From the IMG/VR virus record IMGVR_UViG_3300046008_000291, positions 32,001 through 96,000 of that record: a stretch of 64,000 bases of DNA; one strand, given 5' to 3'. The notes under the pieces are model-generated. The model made no database searches, was not told where the DNA came from, and saw only the letters and a program-made list of their open reading frames with translations. Within the stretch, counting starts at the first letter, position 1. Every line of letters starts with the position of its first letter. Of this stretch, positions 1-9,103 are shown in pieces. This DNA is from a virus. The translations under genes were made by a program, and so were the position numbers.

Positions 1-149
1 TAACCACCGGTGTCAATTCCCTGTCGAGATAATTCCGCAGAAAATTTTTGTCCGTGTATACTATCACTAATGAGAAACTGTTCACCGGGGCCGTATTTAG
101 ATATAGTTACTTCAAAAAGATTGTCAATAAGGTTAATAAATTCGCGCAT
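1..149 (-). CDS. Hypothetical protein, N-terminal part (runs off the window edge); not in the ORF track
   Basis: Manual translation gives MREFINLIDNLFEVTISKYGPGEQFLISDSIHG..., open to position 1. It is preceded by TAAATA-CAAT-ATG, the same context as the gene starting at 12166. Confidence 0.7.
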   Translation of the reverse strand, partial: MREFINLIDNLFEVTISKYGPGEQFLISDSIHGQKFSAELSRQGIDTGG

Positions 150-159
150 ATTGTATTTA

Positions 160-924
160 TTATTCTTTACGCTCGATGTCATCTTCGACGCAGAAGTCAC
201 CGTATTGTATTTCAATTATACGACAGGGTTTGTTGTAAGGGTTAGCCAATTGATGCCACTGTTCTTCCGGTATGCGATGAGTTGAATGTTTATTTAGATG
301 CGGTGTTTGAATAGTAGTTGGGTAAACACGACTATATTCGCCTACGGTTGCTTGGCCGTCTGCAACAAACCATAATTCAGATCTATTATAATGTTTCTGC
401 ATACTTAGGTGCTTACCGGGATTAATGGTTAATTCTTTGACTTTTAAGCCCAAAACGTCATGTAATACACGATAATAACCCCATTCTCGCTCAGTTTTAG
501 GCGCTTTCCATTCATCTAATATCCAACTGCTACTATTACGCTTTTCCATGCCGCCGACACCAAATACAAATTCTACATCCTTGCACTTCATCTCAGGAAT
601 ATTGTCTTGGGTTCTATCGCCGCCATTGGCAAATACTATATGGCTGTTTGGATACATTAGTTTAACATTATTAATTGCTTCAATAGCCGTGCCGTCATTA
701 TCATCAAACAATATACAATGATCAACCATTTTTAAGTTTTCGATAATAGCAATCCGCTCGATACTAGGCATAAATGCACGGCCTTTCTTTCGAGCTACCC
801 AGGCATCACTGTTTACGCCAACGACTAGTATATTACCTAATGCTTTAGCTGCTTTGAAATATTCTATATGTCCGCTATGCAAGCAGTCAAATCCACCAGT
901 TACAAGTACAACTCGATTAATCAT
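160..924 (-). CDS. Cytidylyl/nucleotidyltransferase (TagD/RfaE domain II-like) fused to a cupin (type II mannose-6-phosphate isomerase-like) domain
   Basis: TGGFDCLHSGH (HxGH) motif, FANGGDR, then WGYYRVL...LSMQKH..RSELWFV cupin. Start moved to MINRVV (924), which overlaps the stop of the upstream gene. Confidence 0.85.
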   Translation of the reverse strand: MINRVVLVTGGFDCLHSGHIEYFKAAKALGNILVVGVNSDAWVARKKGRAFMPSIERIAIIENLKMVDHCILFDDNDGTAIEAINNVKLMYPNSHIVFANGGDRTQDNIPEMKCKDVEFVFGVGGMEKRNSSSWILDEWKAPKTEREWGYYRVLHDVLGLKVKELTINPGKHLSMQKHYNRSELWFVADGQATVGEYSRVYPTTIQTPHLNKHSTHRIPEEQWHQLANPYNKPCRIIEIQYGDFCVEDDIERKE

Positions 925-1810
925 ATTTTTTCTTAGGTGGGCGCAAGATGCCAACTGGCTTGGTAATCTTAGTTTTTTTAATTATGTTTGCCTGCTTGAT
1001 AGTCTGCTTGTCCGATGGTGTAGATATATTAATAACTCCATCAAATGTGCGAGTAGCTTCTTCTGGAATTTCAGTCCATTGACTTACATAATCGATAAAA
1101 TAATTTTCTTTATCTAGCCACGGATATAATATATCTTCCTGTCGTAGATACCCATATTGAGTTATCGAATCGACCACAGTCGGATTTAATAAACCCAGAT
1201 CAATTAGATCATACCACGTTGTGTTAGTTGCATCCATAGGAGCAATGTCTGATTTGTATACTGCTATGTGTATCCATGGGTCATTAAATGATTTAAGTAG
1301 GTAAGCATCCTTGCAGTCAAATCCATTTACTGCCAACATATAAATTAAACTAGTTGGAGTAAAGTTATAAAAACACCCGCTGTGTGTTCGACTATAATAT
1401 TTGTTATCTGCTACGCCGCTATGTTGCGGAATGCTCAATACTAGCATAGCATTGACATTCATCTGTTCGTTCCATACTCGTAATGTTTCGATTGGATTAG
1501 TACTATATTGCAGACTATCATGCGACCATACTAGGTCAGCTTGTACTGGAATACATCGTGCAGTAAAATCTCTGTTGATTGGTCGAATATTAGCAAACGA
1601 CGGTATTTGACCAAGTTTAGCAGCATCACGATCAACTGCATAACAATTATAATTATAAGGGCGAGGAGGATCGTCGCGTGATACTAATGTTGCCCACCAA
1701 GTGATGTCTTCACCTGTTCCACAGCCCATATCTACAATCGTATGTAAACTATCAAGAAAGCTATCATACTCCCTAAGTTGATTTAATACCTTAAGTGCAT
1801 GTCTAGCCAT
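917..1810 (-). CDS. Class I SAM-dependent methyltransferase
   Basis: IVDMGCGTG motif I; DLVWSHDSLQY post-II motif. Confidence 0.8.
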   Translation of the reverse strand: MARHALKVLNQLREYDSFLDSLHTIVDMGCGTGEDITWWATLVSRDDPPRPYNYNCYAVDRDAAKLGQIPSFANIRPINRDFTARCIPVQADLVWSHDSLQYSTNPIETLRVWNEQMNVNAMLVLSIPQHSGVADNKYYSRTHSGCFYNFTPTSLIYMLAVNGFDCKDAYLLKSFNDPWIHIAVYKSDIAPMDATNTTWYDLIDLGLLNPTVVDSITQYGYLRQEDILYPWLDKENYFIDYVSQWTEIPEEATRTFDGVINISTPSDKQTIKQANIIKKTKITKPVGILRPPKKKYD

Positions 1811-2069
1811 TTTTTAATATCCTAAAAATAAAGTCTTTGCTGAAAGTAGTGTATGCTTCTATAAATTTTGCAGTATAGTCAGCTTCGTCTATTGTGTTAT
1901 TACTTAATCTCGCAAATCGTAATTCTTGTGAATAGTGTATGAGTTGACCTTTACGATTCATATAATCCAATATGTCAATATTATCGTTTGGGCCAATATG
2001 AGAAGAAACGTATTTAATCTCTTCCCACTGTGCTAACAGTTCGTCTACGTTATTGATTAACTGTTGCAT
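1803..2069 (-). CDS. Hypothetical protein
   Basis: ORF track 1803..2108; likely start MQQLINN at 2069, overlapping the end of uvsY. Confidence 0.55.
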   Translation of the reverse strand: MQQLINNVDELLAQWEEIKYVSSHIGPNDNIDILDYMNRKGQLIHYSQELRFARLSNNTIDEADYTAKFIEAYTTFSKDFIFRILKNG

Positions 2070-2508
2070 CTTCCATTCCTGCTGTGCGCAGTCTAACAAT
2101 ATGTCCAATCATGTATGATTTTGCTTCCAAACCTTTCATAATGCCTAGCCATTTATTACGCAGTAAGGCTACTTCGTTAATGATGGTTTCCATATCAATA
2201 ACTTCGCTTTCACCATCGACATACTTTTCAGCATCGCGACTGGTCAGCGCACGTGCATAGGCTTCAAGATACTTTTTGTAGTGGTCCTGACGGATTTTAC
2301 GAAGTTTGATGTTGAGAAAGTTAAGCACCGCTTCAATCTCCTGTAACTGATTGAAACGTTGCTCTGTAACTCCGGGTAAAGTAGCTAGGCCTTTTTCAAT
2401 ATTGCCGTGTACCTTAACTTCATTTTTAGCCTGTGCTAGCTCATTACTATAGTAGTCAATGAAGTCAGGCAATGCGCCAATATTTTGTACTACTCGGTTA
2501 TACCACAT
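2050..2508 (-). CDS. uvsY: UvsY-like recombination mediator
   Basis: About 150 aa, helical, with the ALTSRDAEKYVDGE...WLGIMKGLEAK pattern of T4-like UvsY; lies next to uvsX. Confidence 0.7.
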   Translation of the reverse strand: MWYNRVVQNIGALPDFIDYYSNELAQAKNEVKVHGNIEKGLATLPGVTEQRFNQLQEIEAVLNFLNIKLRKIRQDHYKKYLEAYARALTSRDAEKYVDGESEVIDMETIINEVALLRNKWLGIMKGLEAKSYMIGHIVRLRTAGMEDATVNQ

Positions 2509-2510
2509 AC

Positions 2511-2741
2511 TTACTCGTCGTCGTAGTCGTTTTCAGGTTCGGCTTCTTCGCCTAGATATTCTTCCACAGCACGTCTAAGGTATGCATCGGTACCGCCAAA
2601 CTTTTTCAAATCTGCTTCTGTAATGCTGTGATCAGCAACTACATTAACCACATGATCTGCTACTGCCTGTCGATCTTTTTGTGAAATATATTCCTTAGTA
2701 GTAAGCCACATTTCACTTAACAAATCAATTTCTAAACTCAT
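2511..2741 (-). CDS. Hypothetical protein with acidic tail
   Basis: 76-aa ORF tightly packed between uvsX and uvsY. Confidence 0.7.
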   Translation of the reverse strand: MSLEIDLLSEMWLTTKEYISQKDRQAVADHVVNVVADHSITEADLKKFGGTDAYLRRAVEEYLGEEAEPENDYDDE

Positions 2742-3841
2742 TATTCAGTCCCTTGTTCAAGTACTTGGTTTTCAGATAAATCTTCGTCTGCTACGTCGGT
2801 AGCTTTTGTACTTAGCAAATGCACATTAGTTGAAATTTCTTTCATTACTTTATCTAGACACTCATCTTCATTACGTTCCCATGCTTTACGGAATTTTTTA
2901 ATAACAACCCCGTCTGCTAGTGTGTAGACTAAACTGTTGCCTTCTTTTTTCAGCATGTTTTTAGCTTCTAACATATCTACCATACCTGAATAAGGACTCA
3001 TACCAGTTTCATATGGAATCTCTACTTGTACACTCTCAAACGGTTTAGCATATCGTGTCTTCATAATCTTACAAGCGGCACGGATACCGTTAACTGTTGT
3101 GGTCTTATTACCGTCAGCGTCTGTTTTAAGTTTAAGTTTACGCATAGCTACAACAATACTTGAAGCATAGATAAAGCCTTGACCGCCACTAATCTTGTCA
3201 TCTGGGTCAAACATATCCTGTGACGCATACGTATGGTTAGTTGCTACTAGACCTAAGTTTAATGTACCAAACATGTTCACACAGTTACGTACAAGTGCTG
3301 TTAGTGCTTTAGGTTTACGACCCATATCACCTTTCATTTCACCTGCTTCAAACTGGTTAACGTCTGTCGGAGTTAACATCATTCCTAAACTGTCCAGAAC
3401 AAACAATACTTTAGGACGGTCTTCTTCTGGAAGGGTACGATACTCTTTAACAAAGTCACTGATAACTTTAGCCACATCATCAATCATAGCCATGTTAAGT
3501 TTAAGCAGTTTACTTTCGTCTGTATCTACACCCAATGCGTGTAGCCATGCTTCGTCAAGTGCGTTTTCTGTATCAATTAAAATAACATAAATGCCTTGCT
3601 CCTGTGCATGACGTACAATATTACCCGAACAGATAAATGATTTTCCTGCACCCGATTCACCAGCAAACACAGTTACCTTACCCATAGGAATGCCTTTATT
3701 AAAGTCTCCGCTTAATAGATAGTTTAATGTGTAGTTGCCTGTACTGATCCAATCTGTAGGATCGTTAAAGCCAATACCTAACCCATCAATTGATTTGGTA
3801 ATTGATTTTCTAAATTTACTAATGTCGAATGGTTTTGCCAT
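2741..3841 (-). CDS. uvsX: RecA-like recombinase UvsX
   Basis: Walker A GESGAGKS, Walker B VLFVLDSLG, ISGGQGFIYASS, KTRY. Confidence 0.95.
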   Translation of the reverse strand: MAKPFDISKFRKSITKSIDGLGIGFNDPTDWISTGNYTLNYLLSGDFNKGIPMGKVTVFAGESGAGKSFICSGNIVRHAQEQGIYVILIDTENALDEAWLHALGVDTDESKLLKLNMAMIDDVAKVISDFVKEYRTLPEEDRPKVLFVLDSLGMMLTPTDVNQFEAGEMKGDMGRKPKALTALVRNCVNMFGTLNLGLVATNHTYASQDMFDPDDKISGGQGFIYASSIVVAMRKLKLKTDADGNKTTTVNGIRAACKIMKTRYAKPFESVQVEIPYETGMSPYSGMVDMLEAKNMLKKEGNSLVYTLADGVVIKKFRKAWERNEDECLDKVMKEISTNVHLLSTKATDVADEDLSENQVLEQGTE

Positions 3842-3883
3842 AATGTTTTCCTTTGAGTGTGTATTAAGTTTATTTTACATGAA

Positions 3884-4678
3884 TTATACTGCTATGTCTA
3901 CATGTAATGACATATATCTTTTCCAAAATTTACCAATTGCACTAGGATCAAAGTCATCGAATCCTAGTTGAGTATATAACTGTTGCATATTGCTGATAAA
4001 CAATTCTGCAGCAAAAATAGTCGAGTCCACATCAACAACTATTTTTTTATTTTTTACAAGATGCCACAGATAGAATTTTTGCATTTCATCGTTGTCAGTT
4101 ATGTAATTATCATTTTCAAATTGTTCCCAGGTTGGCCAATCGTGTCCTTTTAGTATATTGTATTTTTCTTTACAATAATTACCTGCGTATGATTCAATCG
4201 GTTGTAGATTTGATGTTTTTAGTTTTGCTGCAATATCAAAGAATTTTCTATAATTTTTTAACATTATCACAGTGGCATTAGGCCACACTTTAAGCAAATT
4301 TAATACCTCGCCCGGACCTCTATGAGAGCAAATGAAGAATTTTAAATTTGATTTTGATAGCTGCTCGGTGAGTGAATTTATATAATTAATAGTTGGGCTA
4401 CCTGTTCTCCATAGTTCCTGGACCGGTCCATATATGTCAGCATCGCCATATTCATACATTGATATCCAATTTAGCATGTCATGCCTCGGTGCTAGCGAAT
4501 TTAATGCAGTCTCTAGTCTAAACTGATAATCATTGGGACTATTAATCAAATATTCAGCAGCACGAGTATCCTGCGGTACAGCATACTTACTCAATGATAA
4601 ACAATTGCTTATAAATTTGCCGCCGGCAAATGGTGTAAATTGTATAATAACTGGATTTGTGCTGTCGAAATTAACCAT
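3884..4678 (-). CDS. Hypothetical protein with a P-loop/sulfotransferase-like N-terminus; paralog of 5642..6484
   Basis: IIQFTPFAGGKFISNCLSLS versus IVVRYPSGGAGRFLSTALQLS. Confidence 0.45.
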   Translation of the reverse strand: MVNFDSTNPVIIQFTPFAGGKFISNCLSLSKYAVPQDTRAAEYLINSPNDYQFRLETALNSLAPRHDMLNWISMYEYGDADIYGPVQELWRTGSPTINYINSLTEQLSKSNLKFFICSHRGPGEVLNLLKVWPNATVIMLKNYRKFFDIAAKLKTSNLQPIESYAGNYCKEKYNILKGHDWPTWEQFENDNYITDNDEMQKFYLWHLVKNKKIVVDVDSTIFAAELFISNMQQLYTQLGFDDFDPSAIGKFWKRYMSLHVDIAV

Positions 4679-5651
4679 TGAATTTCTCTAGTTGTGTTAG
4701 GTAATGTTTACTCATGTACCAATCATAATTATAATCAACCGTGTCTTTTTCTAATAGATATAAATCATGCCAATCGGCAGTGGTCAAATGACCAAACTTT
4801 GATAACATACTTAGAAGTTCTACTAATCGAACAACTGGATTGGTAATTGAGTCAAAGTCATAATTAAATATTGTAGTGAATAGTTTAAATCCGTATATTT
4901 CAGCTAAATGCCGGTGCCAGCCCGGTTGACTATAACCTAGCCATAAAGATTTACCTACTACTGGATATAAAAACTTTTCGGTAACAAACGGTACGTTGCT
5001 GGTTGCCATTGTTTCCGATACTATTTGTATAAATGATTGATTTATCTTGTCTAATAGTATTTTTATATTACGTTTATGATTATAGCGTGTATAGTCAATT
5101 GAATAGATATTATTATAAAACTCGTCCGCATCAGCACCATCTGCTATGATAAATTTTCTATAAAATCGTTCATCTAGACTAGATTCAAAACACGCAATTA
5201 TATTACCATCGATTCGATCTTTATATGTGGAGAAATTTTTAGTATTGTATTCAGGTGTAAACCAACCAAATTTATGTAGTGCCGATGTTAACAATTGTCG
5301 CGATATATGTTCGGACCCATTAAAAGAACATACAAAGTTCTTAAAATCTTTTTCTTTATCGACTAATTTAATATTAGTAAAGTGTGAGAAATTTAATGTA
5401 TGCTGATACTCTGATGAAAACCGAATATTTAAATTTGAATAATTAGCATGAACCGCCTGCGATAAAACATTATGATATTGAATGTCGTATTGTTTGCCCT
5501 GCGCACCTGCGTAATCGTTTATACTATCTAATACCGCATTACAATTATCTACGTCAAATCCACCAAGGTGATCAAGCAATTGAAACCTGGCTGGTAGGCC
5601 GGCAAAGTCGATTGCTGATTCGGGTAAGAGTTGATATTGTGTTATTTGCAA
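4671..5651 (-). CDS. Putative glycosyltransferase-like protein (TEK motif); paralog of 9100..10125
   Basis: IVSET...FVTEKFLYPVV...GFKLF...YDFDSI; reminiscent of the GT10 'ENS..DYxTEK' motif. Confidence 0.45.
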   Translation of the reverse strand: MQITQYQLLPESAIDFAGLPARFQLLDHLGGFDVDNCNAVLDSINDYAGAQGKQYDIQYHNVLSQAVHANYSNLNIRFSSEYQHTLNFSHFTNIKLVDKEKDFKNFVCSFNGSEHISRQLLTSALHKFGWFTPEYNTKNFSTYKDRIDGNIIACFESSLDERFYRKFIIADGADADEFYNNIYSIDYTRYNHKRNIKILLDKINQSFIQIVSETMATSNVPFVTEKFLYPVVGKSLWLGYSQPGWHRHLAEIYGFKLFTTIFNYDFDSITNPVVRLVELLSMLSKFGHLTTADWHDLYLLEKDTVDYNYDWYMSKHYLTQLEKFNG

Positions 5652-6484
5652 TTTCTACTCCACCATATATTATAAATTTTGCTTAACAAATCTTTATCGG
5701 GCATTGCCAGTGAACTACTTTGTGTAATTTGTTCTATATTATCAATTACAGTGTCTATAGAGAATATATTATCAAGATCAAATACTAAATTATTCACTAG
5801 TTGATTGCTTGGGTGTTGATACAAAGTTTCTGTACTAGAAAATAAATTAAATTCTGGATTTTGGGAAATATTAATCATCTTAAATTCATCAATACTATCA
5901 ACTTGTATCACAGCATTGCCAGTGAAGAATTGTTTTACTAGCTCTTTTCTTTTTGGGTTGCAGTATGCAGGATCATGTTGTAATTGTCTAATTAGCATAG
6001 GTGCTTCGACATAATAGTGTTTTGACCATACCATTTGCTCGACCCATGCTCTAGCACGTTCTGACGTGATAATTACATTAACAAAAATACTGCCTGACAT
6101 AAATTGAGGTATCTCAGATTTATGTAATATTAAATTAACTTTTTTATTTGCCTGTACATTATCAAAATAATAATCATCGTGGCCATCAACAAGCAATTGA
6201 TTATATTCTTCAAAAGATACCTGCGTGCCTCGATCGTATGTGCCGCTGTAAAAATCCGAGCGATATGGTAAATCAGGTTCTAATCGTAAATGATAGGTTA
6301 AATCAACGGGGAACTTTGAATCAACGTAATTAACATATGATTCAGCAAACTTATCTGTGCCCTTTATTGCTTCAATGGATGACTCCCAATGAGCAATATC
6401 ATTACTTAATTGAAGTGCAGTCGATAGAAATCTACCAGCTCCGCCACTTGGGTATCTTACTACGATGAATGGAGACTTATGCAT
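5642..6484 (-). CDS. Hypothetical protein with a P-loop/sulfotransferase-like N-terminus
   Basis: Gly-rich loop YPSGGAGRFL after a beta strand; overlaps both neighbours. Confidence 0.45.
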   Translation of the reverse strand: MHKSPFIVVRYPSGGAGRFLSTALQLSNDIAHWESSIEAIKGTDKFAESYVNYVDSKFPVDLTYHLRLEPDLPYRSDFYSGTYDRGTQVSFEEYNQLLVDGHDDYYFDNVQANKKVNLILHKSEIPQFMSGSIFVNVIITSERARAWVEQMVWSKHYYVEAPMLIRQLQHDPAYCNPKRKELVKQFFTGNAVIQVDSIDEFKMINISQNPEFNLFSSTETLYQHPSNQLVNNLVFDLDNIFSIDTVIDNIEQITQSSSLAMPDKDLLSKIYNIWWSRNCK

Positions 6485-7097
6485 TCTTAGTGAGAGTTAT
6501 TGTTTCTATATAATCCAATTCAATTGCTGAATCGATTACTTTTACTAGTTCGTCAACAGTCATATGTTGTCTAGTATCATAAAAAGAATTAACAGTTTGA
6601 TCATCGTGTATTCTTCTATTCTTAGCAAATGATGTTTTAATCCTACCCGGGCGGATTTCTATTAATCGGTAATTAGAATTTTTTAATTCATCACGCATAC
6701 ATTGTATGAATGTAGTTAGCCCAGCTTTACTTGCGGAATAAATGCTATCGCCGCCTAATGAAGATTCAACCGCTCTGCTAGTAATAAAGATAATTTTACC
6801 TGTGGGATTTTGTTGAATAAATTTCTGTGTTAGATAAATTGGTGCCCGAAGGTTGACATCGAGTATATCAGTCCAAGCTTCTATATCATGAGTTAGTATA
6901 CCCTTGCCTCCGCCGTGACTATGACCGGCATTGTTGATTAATACATCAACTCCGGATAAATCAACAGTTTGTAGATCGGATAGTGTGCTTAAATTAACTA
7001 TCGGTTTGTCAATTGACAAGACATTATGGTTAAGCAATAGATGTTCTTTTAATGCTAACCCTAAACCTGAGGTAGTGCCAGTAATTGCTATTTTCAT
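6477..7097 (-). CDS. Short-chain dehydrogenase/reductase (SDR)
   Basis: ITGTTSGLG NAD(P)-binding motif, LINNAG, catalytic YSASK (YxxxK), IRPG. Confidence 0.92.
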   Translation of the reverse strand: MKIAITGTTSGLGLALKEHLLLNHNVLSIDKPIVNLSTLSDLQTVDLSGVDVLINNAGHSHGGGKGILTHDIEAWTDILDVNLRAPIYLTQKFIQQNPTGKIIFITSRAVESSLGGDSIYSASKAGLTTFIQCMRDELKNSNYRLIEIRPGRIKTSFAKNRRIHDDQTVNSFYDTRQHMTVDELVKVIDSAIELDYIETITLTKNA

Positions 7098-7103
7098 TTT
7101 TAG

Positions 7104-7140
7104 AAAAGAGGGATAGTACTTAAACTATCCCTACTCTTTT
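7104..7140 (-). terminator. Intrinsic terminator downstream of gp32
   Basis: AGGGATAG-8 nt-CTATCCCT followed by CTTTT on the minus strand. Confidence 0.7.
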
Positions 7141-7145
7141 ATCAA

Positions 7146-8186
7146 TTAAGCAGTTTTCTGACGATTGCGAATCATTGCTAAAATGTCTTCAGCACGTTGT
7201 CCGCCAGCTGCCGGAGTAGCTATTGGTGCTGTTGGAGCACTAACTTCTACTTCATCAGTATCAAACGGAGCATCTGCTACTGGAGCAATTGCCACCGGAG
7301 CACTTTCAACATGCTCAGAAACAACTGCACGGTCTGCCGGTTGAGCTGCTACATCACTAGCCGCAGTAGTCGTTGCAGGAGCATTTGATGTGTATGAACC
7401 GCGTGGTTTAAAGTACGCACCCCATTTTTCTTCATCATATGGTTGACCATCAACACTTGCTTCAAACATTTCTTTCATGATTTTAAGCTCTGCTTCGTTT
7501 GGACGTTTAGGCAAGAAGTCAGCAAGGTTATATAAACCAAACTTCTCAATTGCTTCTGCTTCGTCTACAGTTAATGCAGATTCTTTACGTGACCATTTTG
7601 AAGTACTGTAGTCAGCATAACCACCTTTACTTGTTTTAGTAGCAGTAAAGTCCAAACCACCTGCATAGTCAGTTGGCAAGTTTTCTAACTCTGGATCCAT
7701 CAATGCTGATTTAACCAAGTTAAAAATCTGTGGGCTAATGATAAAGCGACGAATTGGATTTTCTGGAGTCTTATCATCTTTCAATGGATTTTCACGTACA
7801 AAGCCTTGGAATAAGTATGATTTCTTTTTCCAGTATTTACGACCCATTTCTTCTAAACTTGGATCTTTAAACCATGTACGTACTTCTGCTAGGATCGGGC
7901 ATGATTCACCCCACATCTCAACACATGGTACTTGTACTGTTGTTTTTTTACTGTCTGTTTGGCCTTTAATGCCAGCGAACTCTAAGTTGATCATATTACG
8001 TTCAACCCAGAAGAATGTGTTTTTTGGATCTGCATCTGGTAAGAAACGGATACGTGCTGTTGCACCTTCGTCAATATTCCAGTGTGCATAGATTGCGTTG
8101 TCGCCGCCGCCTGTGGATGATTTACCTGAACTACGTGTGTCTTGCGCTTGTAACTTTGCTCTGATTTCTGCTAATGATGTTGCCAT
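7146..8186 (-). CDS. gp32: T4 gp32-like single-stranded DNA-binding protein
   Basis: ARIRFLP, VPCVEMWGESCPI, KSYLFQGFV, YADYSTSKW, acidic C-terminal tail. Confidence 0.9.
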   Translation of the reverse strand: MATSLAEIRAKLQAQDTRSSGKSSTGGGDNAIYAHWNIDEGATARIRFLPDADPKNTFFWVERNMINLEFAGIKGQTDSKKTTVQVPCVEMWGESCPILAEVRTWFKDPSLEEMGRKYWKKKSYLFQGFVRENPLKDDKTPENPIRRFIISPQIFNLVKSALMDPELENLPTDYAGGLDFTATKTSKGGYADYSTSKWSRKESALTVDEAEAIEKFGLYNLADFLPKRPNEAELKIMKEMFEASVDGQPYDEEKWGAYFKPRGSYTSNAPATTTAASDVAAQPADRAVVSEHVESAPVAIAPVADAPFDTDEVEVSAPTAPIATPAAGGQRAEDILAMIRNRQKTA

Positions 8187-8270
8187 GATGTGTTTCTCCT
8201 GTTGTTTTAAGTTGGTCTTAATATAAGTAACTTCCCGCTACCTACAATAGTATTTATCACCTATGCATTA

Positions 8271-8299
8271 ATAATACGTTATATTGATAGCAAGGTCAA
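8271..8299 (-). promoter_or_regulatory. Sigma70-like promoter of gp32 (a late TAAATA box also lies at 8251-8256)
   Basis: TTGACC-17 nt-TATTAT on the minus strand. Confidence 0.7.
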
Positions 8300-8308
8300 G
8301 TAAAAAGT

Positions 8309-9103
8309 TTAGATATTTTTACCAAAATATGGGAGTAGCTCATCTATTAGTTTACTGTATCCTACAATGTCTGGGTGTACTTCTTTCCAATTACTATATA
8401 TAAGATCCAATTTCTCAGCGGCTACAATAGACATTGGCTTAAATTCTGTGCCAAATTTCTGCATGAATTCTGGAGTATCTGCTAGTTGGCTATACCATTC
8501 TGGGTCGCTTAGATATACATCTTCTAATAGATTAGGTATTAATAATTTAGTGGCACTAGGTACTACAGATGTTAAATTACTATATTGTTCAATACTCGGG
8601 TGTAGTTGACCCCAACACCCTAACATTAATACCTGTACATTATGTTGCAGAGCAATTTCATTTAATTTAGTATAGAATTTAGAAAAATAATCAGCAATCA
8701 TATCATCTAAACTATCGTATTTCAATAAAGAATCAACAAACGTATGCTCTAATTCTTTCCACTGTGTGAATTCAGCATCGGGCGGTTTCTTGACATATAG
8801 ATAGTGTTCTCTAAATATATCTGTTTGCAGGAATACAATATAATCCACAGTATCCCAGGCAATTTCTTTATATTCGTCACTGTGAGAATGCCCATATAAA
8901 GACCTGCCTGTATTGTTCCAATTACCTTCCATACGATCAAGTTGTAACCAATTCGAGCCACCGGCTTTGCTTATATTAATCACAGTGTGCCCGTGTTCTT
9001 GTAGTATAGATGCTGGGCCGATACCTAAAGGACCGTAGTCACTGCCAGTGCCACCGAATACACCGATACCCCAACTGTCACCTGCTAGTACTATTGTGCT
9101 CAT
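8309..9103 (-). CDS. SGNH/GDSL-like hydrolase or acyltransferase
   Basis: VLAGDSWG block I, GGSN block II, C-terminal VHPDIVGY (HP) motif. Confidence 0.7.
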   Translation of the reverse strand: MSTIVLAGDSWGIGVFGGTGSDYGPLGIGPASILQEHGHTVINISKAGGSNWLQLDRMEGNWNNTGRSLYGHSHSDEYKEIAWDTVDYIVFLQTDIFREHYLYVKKPPDAEFTQWKELEHTFVDSLLKYDSLDDMIADYFSKFYTKLNEIALQHNVQVLMLGCWGQLHPSIEQYSNLTSVVPSATKLLIPNLLEDVYLSDPEWYSQLADTPEFMQKFGTEFKPMSIVAAEKLDLIYSNWKEVHPDIVGYSKLIDELLPYFGKNI

